This document shows, piece by piece, positions 1 to 19,400 of a DNA stretch of 64,000 bases. The stretch covers positions 7,719,337-7,783,336 of the forward strand of contig CM082586.2 in NCBI GenBank assembly GCA_040954595.2, given 5' to 3'. A model generated the notes under the pieces. It did not search any database and was not told the origin of the DNA. It saw only the letters and a program-made list of their open reading frames with translations. This DNA comes from Balanoglossus misakiensis. Its lineage: Eukaryota > Animalia > Hemichordata. The position numbers and the translations under genes are program-made. Each line of letters begins with the position of its first letter. Position 1 is the stretch's first letter.

Positions 1-2610
1 AGAAGCGCCCGAAATTCTCGCCAAGGAGCACAAGGAAACCTCGCGCTCTAAGCCCGCTTTGAACGGAGAAGCGCCCGAAATTGTCCTGAAACCTAATGCA
101 TCCGACCCAGTAAAATCTGAACCAGTGGAGAGGAACCCGGGAGACCCGCAGCTCAGCGAGACACACTTGGTGAAAACAAACGCTACGGAAGTGGACCTGC
201 ATGATTTGGACTCGGGAAGAGCGGCCCACAACAAAACGAAATCCACGGAAATAAAACCTGATCAGCGTGGATCTCGTCTGTCAGCTGGAAAGCAAGACAC
301 GCCTAGCAAATCCAAGAAGGACAAACCTCAGACAAAAAATAAAAGCAAAGGGAAAAAGAAGATCAAATGGAAACCAAGACCCGTACACAGATCGGAATAT
401 CTTTGGCTTTTGGCAAAAAGTATCCACTCCAATTGGACGTTCAATGCCAAAGCGGCCGGGACTATCAGGTAAGTGAAAGTACATGCAGTCAAACCTGTTT
501 TAGTAGCCACCTAAATGGTGGAAACTTGTCTATAATGCACGGCCACTTTCTTAAGCTTACAATACCTGTAAAATTCACACGTGCATTAATCCAAAGACAA
601 AGATTGTCTGTGATTAATCTACCTTTCTGTAAAGATCACTTGTCAGTAAAGGCCCTTAGGGATCCGTTATTAAACAAAATAACCCGTTTTTGGAGGAGTC
701 GTGGTAACTTTTGAAAAGAAAAAAGACACACAGTTGCAGTGGAATTCATTATCATTGATTTGTCATTCACAGATCTCTTCTGGAGAGCAAATGTAACACG
801 TCAAAAATGATGGTGTCGACGCAGAAAAATGTACAGCTGAACAAAACCCTTTGGTATGACTCCAAAAAAGACAGCATGATGATTACCCCGAGTGAGTACA
901 ACAGGCTGGCAAAAGTAATTGATCTTCCATTATTACCACCCTAGCCTGCAATATTTGCTATGTACCTGGACCATACACACAGATAGACAGACAATATTTG
1001 GGTAATTCTATCGTGTCTTTCCACCAGCTTGTGAGTCACCCCAGAATAATATTCCCCTCGACCTTTGAACTGGGTGACGTCAAGGTGATCCACACTAACC
1101 CACAGACTCTTCTCAGGATATACCTTACAAGGAAAAGTCATTCAAGAAATGTAGTTTAGTTGGAAGCAGTGGAATTCTGCTGGGCAGCAATTGTGGCCAG
1201 GAAATCGATTCTTCTGATTTTGTATTAAGGTAAGCATTTGCTTATATGTTCATCTCTTGGTAACTCCCTTCCATATATGGGTGCGGTACTCGTTTTATAA
1301 TGCTCGTATACACACACAAGTAAGTATATCGACATGAACTAATGTTGGTTGACAAATAAAATCGCGAAAACAATGCCAAAAGTTGCAGCTCATGGGTCTT
1401 TAATTAAAGCACTGTGGGCGGGAGGGGGGGGGGGCTTGGTCACACGAGATATGACCAAGTTACCCCACCCCAGTTCCTCCCATTCAACCCCTTCTTGTAC
1501 TCTTAAACTATTAGTATATCTTATATGCAGCAGGAACTTGTATACTCAATTTTACTCCTTTGGGCTTATATTTCAGGTACAATCTGGCAACGGTTAGTGG
1601 ATATTCACAAGATGTCGGGAGAAAGACAGACTTGGTGACGTGCAATCCGATGGGTAATCTGGTCAAAGAGTAAGTAAATAAACGGATGGGAATCACACAG
1701 TTGTGTGGGATTGATTGATTGGAAAGTACATGTATGTGTACATGTAGTTGCACTTGGATTATTTATTTATGCAAATGATCTGCACACGAACTGACACCAG
1801 GCTAAAAGTAGGAATTTTCGGCCACTGTATTTTAGCCTGGTACACACGCTCTTGAATTTTCTCCCTTTATCCACAGCTATTTTTCCAAGGGGAAGAAAGG
1901 AGAAGAAAGATTCAAAGCGTACGTGACCAAGGAATATCATAACGCCACAATTTGGATGGCAGCATTCGTCCACCATAGGACCCCTGCACCAGCATTCAAG
2001 GCTTATGATTTACTGGAGGACACAGACTTGAAAGTTGTGTACGGCCACCCAGATTATATCGCATCAGTGGACAACTTCTGAAGACAGAAATCATTCACCA
2101 TTAATAGGGTCAACGCTTTGAGACCGTCATCAGGTAATAGGCATTTTATAGTTTAATGTCAGTGCCATCGAGACGCGATCGTTTCTCGCACTCCTGGCCG
2201 CTGTGTGTAAGGTCCACTCTTTTTGTTGACAAATGAATTCTAGTCCGGACTTGAATTGCACAATTGTATTAGAGAGCAAGTACACCATCAAGTGTTTCTG
2301 GGTTGCTTCCATAACCACGAGCCGCATCACTCACTAATGAGCGGCATCACTCGCTTCTTTTTTCAGGATTATTCCTCTTCACAACCGTGATGAGTTTCTG
2401 CGAAGAGGTTCACCTCTACGGATACTTTACAAACTAGATCCCGAGGGACACCATCTCTACTACCATTATTTTGATAAAAACGCGGTGATGCTTCTCCCCG
2501 AGCAGGTCAAGGTGAAGAAACATGACATGCCCACAGAGTTTAAAATCTACCTCGATTTTCACAACAAGGGAATTGTCCGATTGCATGTCGGAAAATGTGA
2601 TGCTCCGTGA
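1..2610 (+). pseudogene. Alpha-2,8-sialyltransferase-like (ST8Sia, GT29) gene, 5'-truncated by the window edge, disabled by a nonsense codon and a frameshift
   Basis: GT-AG exons <1-468, 773-914, 1117-1229, 1577-1669, 1877-2133, 2367-2610 join in phase. Translation shows an ST8Sia-type stem (WTFNAKAAGTIRSLLESKCNTSKMMVSTQKNVQLNKTLWYD), sialylmotif L ([52 protein letters not shown]), motif S (RPSSGLFLFTTVMSFCEEVHLYG), motif III (YHYFD), motif VS (HDMPTEF) and a C-terminal GKC. In-frame TGA at 2079-2081 sits where the family has FW; a frameshift near 2425-2437 exposes TAG 2435-2437. Confidence 0.88.
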
Positions 2611-3300
2611 CAGTTGATCTTTCTTTTTCGGTACTGAGACTGCGTCAACTTTGGCCACCTGTTGTCTGTGCGATTTGTATGATAGGGCCAAATCGTTATT
2701 TTAGATTATTATAGATTATTCTCTCTACGTTCTTAGGAAAGGTTTGGAGGTCTATCAGTTTTTTTTAATATTTCCCCGATGCTCTTACTGCCTTAATCTA
2801 TTTCATAACTATACTTAATTGGGACTTCAAAAATGCATTATTGTTTTCTGTGTATTAATTAAACCCACCGTGACAGAATTGTGAAACATTATTTCAAGAA
2901 CCAGTATACTAGTATTTACTCAGAGCGTTCATATATACGTGCGTGCATGCGCACATCAGGTGACCATTATAATCAAATGTCAGGGATGTGTTTATTTATA
3001 ATATATGTAATTTTTTACTTTCTTGGGTAAATAAAACAATGAAAAAGATAGCGTCATCGATTGGAAATTCAGGAGAAAGCACGTTAAATCGCCACACATA
3101 TATTACGAAGGAAATATCTGATTAACAGTGCAGTTGCTGTGATGAATGTACGCGGATAAATATATGTGACGTCACGGTAAAAAATCATTCACGGAGGTCA
3201 CACAATTCGAAGTCAGCTGGCAATTGTTAAATCTGCAAATGGCATTGTTATTATAAGTGAATGCAGTTTTAGCAAAGATAAGGTAAACCTGTATTTCACG

Positions 3301-10827
<7,527 letters not shown>

Positions 10828-11301
10828 CTGAAAAGAAAAATGTATTACTTGCACCAGGGAAGTAAATTTTGTCGCACAAAACTCATACAAAACTCCACAT
10901 GTATTTCTTGACAGGCAACCCGTTGCTACGGTAATTAACCAAGTCTCGCGAGATGTAGCAATGGGCGGAAATCATCTATTCTCTTCTGCACAAGCTGCAT
11001 TCCACTCAGGTGTAACGTTATCGAAGTTGAGTTTACCACACCCAGTTACGGTAAATCAAACATAAAGCCCCTGTCAAACCTAATGAGGTCAAGTGGATGG
11101 ATTGCGTCACCGGTGGTAATATAATTATATCATTGATCAAAAATAAATTTCCACGTCACTAGTATTCAATGAGCCTATAGGCCTAACGGTCATGACAAGC
11201 GATGACATCATGACGGAAATTGGTCGCGACATTTTTCACGAACAAAAAATAAAAATTATGTTCTAACATTCATTTAGTGCGTACAGGCAACGTTTCTTTT
11301 T

Positions 11302-11356
11302 GATGAATGAATGAATGAATGAATGAGTGAGTGAGTGAGTGAGTGAGTGAGTGAGT
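11302..11356. repeat. Compound (GAAT)n(GAGT)n microsatellite
   Basis: Read directly from the sequence. Confidence 0.9.
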
Positions 11357-12933
11357 GTCTTGACATCATTGAATGGGCATTTCATATGCTATATGTTGTT
11401 GTTCATCCTCTCAAAGTCTAAACCTGACAAAAGCATGCAGCGACTTATACCGACGCCGGTGTTAAAAATGAAGTGGATACAAGAAGCTTAGATTTTTATG
11501 ATGGCTTACTTTGTATACCTCGGCTCATTAAAAGAGTAAACACCATACACACGACGAAACTGTGGAAACCCAGCGATGGTGGAATGTATACCACACCGAA
11601 CACAAATCAATAGAGACATTGTTTCTCTAAATGTCATTGCAGAAAGATGGATTCATGCACTGCTTTCATTCGTATTTTACACAAAGTCTGAAGATATGTC
11701 AGTCCACGTTTTCTCCATGAGTACTGGCCTTTGATGTGCTTCAATTTGTGAACCTGCAGGAGTTTTGGGCTCTTGATTTATCTGTGTAGGTAATGTCTGA
11801 AGTCACTCGCCATGTACGACGTCAGAAATGTCATAAGTTTACTTGATTTAGTGGGAAAAGTCATAAAAAAGGTCGCGCACTTTGAAGTCGGCGTGACTGT
11901 CCACTTTACCGTTATAGGCAACGGTGCGAGGACGGGAATGGTACGTGGTATACTACAATGAAAAGGGATTGAGCTGCTTGGAAGAAATGTAATCTGCACC
12001 AAACCACGGCGGAGGCTAATAATCTGTCTCGAAATTACCAACAAAACGCACAATAGTCTTACCACATGGTATTTATTGAACGTGCCTCTAAAAGACGCCG
12101 ATGTGAAAAGGTTCAACACAAAATATGTTTTATTATTATCAAAGAACACTAATGTATACATCGAATACTGTATGTTAGATAAAACCGAAAACTCTGTCTC
12201 ACTTTCCGACCAGTTCTCTCACCCTTTCTTTTTCTTTCTGTCTCTCTCTCCCTTTGTCTCTCTCTGACACACTATCTCTCATGAAAAGGTAATAGTGCTT
12301 TTGTGCATTTTTTATGTTCCGGCACTCGGCAAGGTGTCCTCTCAAATATCTGATCAATTTCATATTTCTTGCAAGTGACAACGTTCAACGAGGCGAGCCA
12401 TAACATCCCAATAGCATACGAAACGCAATGAGCGAAAAAATATAGTGAGGAATCACTTACCTCCTTGTCATACAAATTGGCCATTTTCCTCTTTCTCCGC
12501 TGCGATTTCGTTTATGGCATGCCACAATGTGTAATGATCATTGCAAATAGTTGCAGCGAATTTACGCTTCCTTGTATTATTTAAATGAGGTGATTTAAAT
12601 TAAACATTCCGATAGCCAGTGCCTTGCGAGTTCAATCATGATGTCGCAATCTTGACGTCACATATTGTGGGTGGGACCACGCTGTAGGCCTACTTGCGCC
12701 TATGACATCGTTACCAAGTCACTTTAAGAGTGCTTGTAGTTTGCATGAGTCTGTCATGAGGCCGCATCGGTGAATATTATAAAGGTATTGCTGAAATGAA
12801 GAAATTCGGTCACGTGGAATAAACCAGGTTGGCCTGTCGGCCACCTGCGCGTGCGTGATTGCGTGCGTGCGATCTGGAAACCTAGCGCCCTCATAACACC
12901 AACAAGATTAGGTAATGGAATCAATTTTATTAT

Positions 12934-13006
<73 letters not shown>
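12934..13006. repeat. (CAA)n microsatellite
   Basis: Read directly; it produces the spurious poly-Cys ORF 12754-13137. Confidence 0.95.
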
Positions 13007-13099
13007 CTGCTGTGAATATATGACACCAGCAATCTGGAAAAAAAAAACTTTCCTGTTCGCATAAAATCTATCGATTTAGTTTTGATGACCCCGATTGAC

Positions 13100-13478
13100 C
13101 CCTTTGGGGAATTCCAGTTTCCATTTATAGATACCACTTCCGGGGTACATTTTTAGTCTGTATATTCAGAAAATATCCACGGACAGCCGGGAAGTCAGTA
13201 AAACAACCAAGTTCAAAAAACTCAATTAAAATACTCTTATTATTACAAATTCAACTGTTAGACAGAGTTTGCACTGGAAATATTACTTTGTTTACAACAA
13301 TTTGATTAACGAATGAACAAACTGCGAATATCTGGATGTGTATGCCTACGTGAATATCAAAGTGCAGCATCGGAGGGCTTCCACTCAACGCGATAAATAC
13401 TGACAAAAAAGTACATTCATACGCGATCGTGGATTAAATCGAGGATCTACTCATAATTTTACATTGCTGAAGGTATGT
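13100..13478 (+). promoter_or_regulatory. Candidate promoter and non-coding first exon of the IAP gene
   Basis: GGGGAATTCC (13106-13115) matches the kappaB consensus GGGRNNYYCC. ETS-like ACTTCCGG (~13136) and CCGGGAAGT (~13188). Splice-donor-like GAAG|GTATGT at ~13472 could join the acceptor TTCTGTAG at ~16357, just upstream of the IAP ATG. Function is inferred. Confidence 0.45.
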
Positions 13479-13677
13479 AACTTAATCGATATTCGTTAAT
13501 TATACCGTTCTCGCCCGTACCTCAGTTGTTTTTCTTCAAGTGTCCGTAGCAATGACGTCTATGGGATCTCATTCTCAGTATGTACAGCAGTGTCTCACTG
13601 CTGTACTTTACACTAACACTTCTAATATATGAGGTAAAAGACCGTCCATGCTCATCCTTCCACCCACCGGGCGTGGG

Positions 13678-13748
13678 CTCTATCCCTTGATTTGACCATG
13701 GAGGCACTCCACCGTCGGGTACCTCCATGGTCAAATCAAGGGGTAGAG
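13678..13748. repeat. Short palindromic element (hairpin/MITE-like)
   Basis: CTCTATCCCTTGATTTGACCATGGAGG ... CCTCCATGGTCAAATCAAGGGGTAGAG: ~27-bp inverted arms around a short loop. Confidence 0.75.
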
Positions 13749-13800
13749 ACTAAGGCTCTCAAAACAACAACGCGAAGCACCACTGATACAGTGGGTAGCC

Positions 13801-13856
13801 TAGTCCTGCATAGAGGTCTGTGTGTTCCTGGCACACAGATCTCTACGCAGGGCTGA
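13801..13856. repeat. Short palindromic element (hairpin/MITE-like)
   Basis: AGTCCTGCATAGAGGTCTGTGTG ... CACACAGATCTCTACGCAGGGCT: imperfect inverted arms. Confidence 0.65.
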
Positions 13857-14417
13857 TGGGGGGGGGGGGGGGGGGGTGCGTTGTTGATTTGAGGGTCCGT
13901 GCCACACACAGGTTGGTTTTACATTGTACCTGCACATTATGGATTGTCTTCATTTATATAGTGCGATGACTGACTGGATTAGTTATGTCGGCGTTTCATA
14001 ACCAAATGTAAAGTGCTCAATTTAACTAGGGTTCTGCAATACCATGTCCAGTTTTCGCCAGGCGCTAGAGGTTGCTGTCCAAACCGTTAGCACCAGGCAA
14101 AAACCACAACCTACCGGTACATGTATATATATAATTCTAAAAAATTTTTCCAGTTCACTTCTCAACGTATAAAGAGAGAACGTGAATCCAATTGTAGGGG
14201 GAACAAGAGTCAAAATTGTCAACTGAAATATTTTATTGTTCAGATACATGTAGTGTAATGGAAACCACATTAGTGCTTTATTAGCCAAAGGTATTTGTCA
14301 TTTTCCGGGATAACATACTTCGTACATTTGAACAGAGTGGTTGGAATTTCTATGGGGTAGCCTATTACAGTATGGTTTCATGTAAAAATGTGAGCTATTG
14401 GTTGTAGAGACACTTAA

Positions 14418-14672
14418 GGCTGCCGCACACGAGAGAAATTAGCTGAGCAAAAAGTCATTCGAGGAATTTTGCTCAGCAATTTTCCTCCCGTGTGCGGGCG
14501 ATTTTTTCCTGATCTTTTTACTTTTGCGCCGCGGATCACGATATTCAACATGTTTGATATTTTTTTCCTCGCGAGGAAAATTACTCAAGACCACCGCAAA
14601 CGAGAGAAACTTGCTGAGCAAAATTCCTCGAATGGCGTTTTGCTCAGCTGATTTCTCTCGTGTGCGGCGGCC
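14418..14672. mobile_element. MITE with long terminal inverted repeats, TTAA on both sides
   Basis: TTAA|GGCTGCCGCACACGAGAGAAATTAGCTGAGCAAAA... and ...TTTTGCTCAGCTGATTTCTCTCGTGTGCGGCGGCC|TTAA; ~65-bp imperfect TIR. Superfamily is ambiguous (Kolobok-type TTAA site versus Harbinger-like GGC terminus). Confidence 0.85.
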
Positions 14673-15184
14673 TTAAGTGAATACATGTACATGTATCAAC
14701 AATATGCTTCAATTCACAATTTGTATTTAATAGGGTAGTGTACTCCCTTTGTATGTGGTTTTCTAAATGTTCAATTATTTATGGGCTGTCATGGTGGAAG
14801 TTCAAGGTGACATTGGTATTTTAAATGGTGATGATTGCCATTTACTGTAGCAGCTGTGAAAAGTTTTACTGTCAAAGATAGTCCTCTTTCTGGATAGCAG
14901 TAAGTTGGGATTTCCATGAGCATAACACTCAGGAAATAGGATACTACTGGTAACAGATGTACCGAGTCTGTGTTGTGTATGGCTGAGGCCAAGGCTGTTG
15001 TACGTGTACATTTGTATAATGAGGAATTTTGTTTAGGATTAATTCATATAAAAATTGTATTGAATATGAACAATTAAATGAATTTGCAGAGCAATGGATT
15101 TGTTAGTTTACCATGTCAAAGGGCACACCACACCTCTTATTAAACATGTCACATATTTCAGTGTGGATTTAGTAATGAACTTGG

Positions 15185-16120
15185 GATAACACCATGACCT
15201 TGCTGCTTATTATGGTTCATTGCATTGAAGTGATTCATGTTTTTGAAAGAACTCAGGTGCATTGAATTCTGTAAACTGCAGAATACACAGCTCATCATAC
15301 AAAAGCCATGTTTATTTTCATAACATAATACTAATAGTCTCTTTTGAATGATACAAAACATGCATATTCTTCAGCATTGCAGTGATATAATTGATGTGAT
15401 TCTTTTATCATCCAAATTGTCAACTGTTTTGTACATTGTATGTGTACTCTTAGATATGGCATTCCTTATTTCTGAATGAAAATTTTCTAAATTTATAATG
15501 TCAAACAAAGAGAACCTGGTTGAAATAACTCCTAAACTAGCAACGTTCACCTTACATTGTAGGCGTAATATGTCATAACAACATTCAGGTAATCAAATTG
15601 CTGTCAATGAAACAATAAAACGAAGCAGTCTTAACCATACTCTTTCACTACAGTGGTCATTGTTTTCGATGGTAGAATTGAACCATTGTAGAAGGAAATA
15701 GGTGAAAAGGAAACCACTAAAACGTGGTGATATCCATCCAGGATCTGTGGCAGAAATGAAACTAGAATTACATATATTTCTTGGAGTACAGAAGCGATGT
15801 GTTGAAGTTGAGTTGTTTTCAGAAAGTGAAAGTGAAACATCTTTTACCTGCATTTAAAATTTAAATTTAATCCACTTTGATGGAATGAGATAGACTACAT
15901 TTTGCTACACGCTATGCACTGTTGCGTGACAGACTCTGGTCAGGCAACAGAGAATTTTGAATATCACAGTGCACACAGAAATCTTTGTTGTAAAACGATG
16001 ATTTTTAGTTTTTACTTTCTATTTCTGGTACTTCACCAAATGCACCTGAGTTCCTTCATAAATATGCATCACTTCAATGCTGTGAACTATCAACAGAATC
16101 TACAAGGTCATGGTGATGCC
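15185..16120. repeat. Diverged ~80-bp inverted repeat pair, probably an old TIR element
   Basis: 15188-15267 is the reverse complement of 16037-16117 (ATGCACCTGAGTTC...ATCACTTCAATGC...CAAGGTCATGGTG). Confidence 0.6.
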
Positions 16121-16405
16121 GTGAATGTTTACAGTAATTTGGGTATCGACAACTTACCTTGAACTTCAGGTTATGTGCTGTCGCCCCATCATTAAAATTG
16201 TAAAATGTTATTCTGAGTACAGGCAAATTTTAGTGCAGTGAGCTTTTCTGATGATATTCACTGTTTGTTGTATTTTTTAATTTAGCAGACTGCGGAGTTT
16301 TATTTAACAGAAATTTATAGTGTCTTAAATTAATTTATTTGTGTTTTCCTTCTGTAGTGACATGATTTTTGTTGGCGGATATTAAGATTTTTGCAAGACA
16401 GAATC

Positions 16406-19400
16406 ATGGATTGTGTGGACACTGTGTCTCGTGGTGGCGTTGATGATTTGAACTCCGCCTTGGGACGTATGCGTCTCAATAACTTGAATAACAATGCCAA
16501 CGACATAACCATGGTCGATGGCGACGTCAACGAGGAAACCATGGAAACGACGGAAAACGACATGGCTGATGAGGCAGTGCGACTGTCGACGTTCGCCGAC
16601 TGGCCGCATTACGCGCCGGTCATGCCCTCGGCTCTGGCCCGGGCGGGGTTCTTCTACACGGGCCAGCGGGACATCGTGGAGTGCTTCTCGTGCAAGAGCC
16701 GCATCCAGGACTGGGAGCACGGGGACACGGCCATGGGCGAACACAAGAAACTATTTCCCGGTTGCCTGTTTGTTCAAGGCAAGGACACGCGGAATAAGCG
16801 ACTGCTGTCGGCGCCTGTGGCAAAACAGGAGGCGAAACCGCCCAGAAAGCAACTCCTGCTCAGCCCCAATCAGATGGAATCGGGCAGCGACGTGGCGCAA
16901 CAGCAGCTAGCGTGCGCCCTTGAACATGAACTGCAGATCAAAGAGAGCCAGGCAAATCATGAGAATAGAAATGCGGTAGTGGACGACTCGATGAAGACGC
17001 TAAGGTGGGAGCAGAAGAGACTGCGCACATTTGCCGATTGGCCGAGAAATTCTCCCATCCACCCGGAGGATTTAGCCAAAGCGGGATTTTATTATCTGGG
17101 CCGCGGAGATCAGGTCCAGTGTGTCTTCTGCCGCGGGATCCTCAACAACTGGAGGGACACGGACGATCCGACGGACGAGCATCGGGAACACTTCCCGTCC
17201 TGTCCGTTTATCTTAGGCTTGAATTGTGACAATGAACCGATTCGACAGTACGAGGAAGGCCGCCAGAGAACACTGAAATTACCCGTCAGAGTGTCCGAGG
17301 GGGACGACGAAGAAGCGACCACCTCCACAGAAGCGACGCTGAACCACAACACTCACATACCGGAGCAGACGGCCAGTGTCAGTCCCCGGACGAGCTCAAC
17401 GACCCCATGCGCTCATCCAGAATACAGGGAAGTCAAGCGCCGACTCAGTACCTACCACACATGGCCTGAACATGCCAATGCACAGCCCGACGCCCTGGCG
17501 CAGGCTGGGTTTTATTACACAGGTAAATGCTACGTTTTATATAAAATTTGATTAATTACATGTAAATGTTATCAGTACTTTCCCATTAATCCCAATTTCT
17601 GAGCAAAACTTTACTTGTGTCCTTGTCATCCGGATGTAAGCAACAACAGCTGTTTTTCTTTTCCTGCATTTCATAGAAATTCTAGACAGTTTACATGCAT
17701 TTTGATAAACTCATCCCGGAAGTAAGAGTGAAGAAAACAACACTGTGAAACCGTGGGACAAACACATCCTGGAAATCAGTGCAATGAAACCTCAGATACA
17801 CACAGATCATTCTGAAGCCTGCCCTTTAGTATACTAGTATATGTACTAAGGAATTTATGGCATTTGGGAATATCATGATATGATGACATGAAATTGAGAT
17901 GGTGTGTTAAATGATATGACTGAGTAATAGAGCAGATGGCAGGGTTTACTGTTATGCCTGCAATGAAGATGAGTATCTCATAAAGGTCAGTGAACCTATT
18001 GACTGTAGGAATTAATCCATGCCTGAACACGAGCCAACATACCACTGACTGACTCACTATTCCGGGGGTGGGGGGGGGGAGCAATCTAAGAATAGCCAGA
18101 TACAGACAGAAGCTGCGATGAAATTGTAATCAAATTTCAGGAGAGCTCCCTTTCTGTACAGACTGTTAGTATGTCAAGAGAAACAAAGTTCTATGTAAGA
18201 AGCATGCATTAGCAATTTGTGCGAATTCACATGATCTTTTGAGTCAAACATTTCCTCTAGAAATTAAATGTTATGAAGGCCAATAAAGTATGAAGAGACA
18301 TTAACTGAACTCAAAGTGATAGTTGCCACGGCCTTTCATGAGCAGAAATGAAATTATTCGATTAAATTTCATGAGGTCAGAGGATGTGTAACCCCTACCA
18401 AGTGTTCACCTCATCATATGTTTATCTATTCTCACTGACAGGTGATGACTCAATCCTTCCAAGAATTTTTTTTTCATTCTTAGAAATCACTGAGCGCGAA
18501 ATCGTGATTGTTATGTTAAAAAAGTAACAATCTCTGATTTAACGTTTTATAAATTCATGTCAGAAACGACAATAACGACAATGTTTCATGATTGCCGCCA
18601 AGTCAGAGGTTTTGTTTAACTTTTGAAGTTCATGCACATGGTTCAACTACAAGGAAATGTAATGAAATTATGGATACAGTTAGTCCACGGTTACTAGAAG
18701 AAGACGGTTAGGAAACTATTTTTTCTCCATTGTTAGTGTAAACGAAAGATATCAGGTGCTAACGAGCCTGGCCATACGAATAAACAGACAGAATAACTGA
18801 CCGCTCGGTCAAAATGACGTCATTACCCCTACAATCCAAAGCAAACCATACTCATGTTTACGGAATTGCTTGCACGCACAGTACGTATACCACCAGATTT
18901 GAGGAAAACAGAACAGAGAGTGGATAATTTATAAAGTCACAGCACATTTATGACAATTTTGAACTTTCAAGGACATGATGAAGCCATACATTCTTTGTCT
19001 TGACTGTGCCCTAGAGATTCGATGCGAACCAAAACAAACAAGATGGCCGCCAAAGGCTATATCGATAATGTTAACGACTGTATCGAAATGGGTATGCAAT
19101 CTCAACGAAATATTCCAATTGGAATAAACGAAATAGCCCATGCAATACAAAAAGGTGTAAAATATCTAAATATATTTAAAAAAAACAGAAATGCGACCAT
19201 CAGGGTTGAATTCTAGGGGTTCAAAATTCGACGCTATTTGAGTCCGGACTTTTAGTTAACCACCCAAGAAACAATGGTAGAGTGTCGCAAGCCCAACAGA
19301 CTATGACCGTGCACTCCATAAGCCTATATGGAACTCGTACAAAAAAAAAGTGGCGCTGTACTCTGACGAAAAAGGGCAGATGAAGGGGTTCAAAAATTAA

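Noticed and set aside
941-1141. Minus-strand ORF first suspected to be a LINE endonuclease or recombinase fragment
   Set aside because: The region is explained as an intron and exon of the + strand sialyltransferase.
2079-2081. In-frame TGA as selenocysteine or readthrough
   Set aside because: It aligns with a conserved Trp, not Cys, and an independent frameshift lies downstream; pseudogenisation is simpler.
11500-12160. Start exon of the transmembrane protease
   Set aside because: Several ATGs and donors are present, but I could not join any confidently in phase to the 10827 acceptor.
12754-13137. ORF with a long poly-Cys tract
   Set aside because: It is the antisense reading of a (CAA)n microsatellite.
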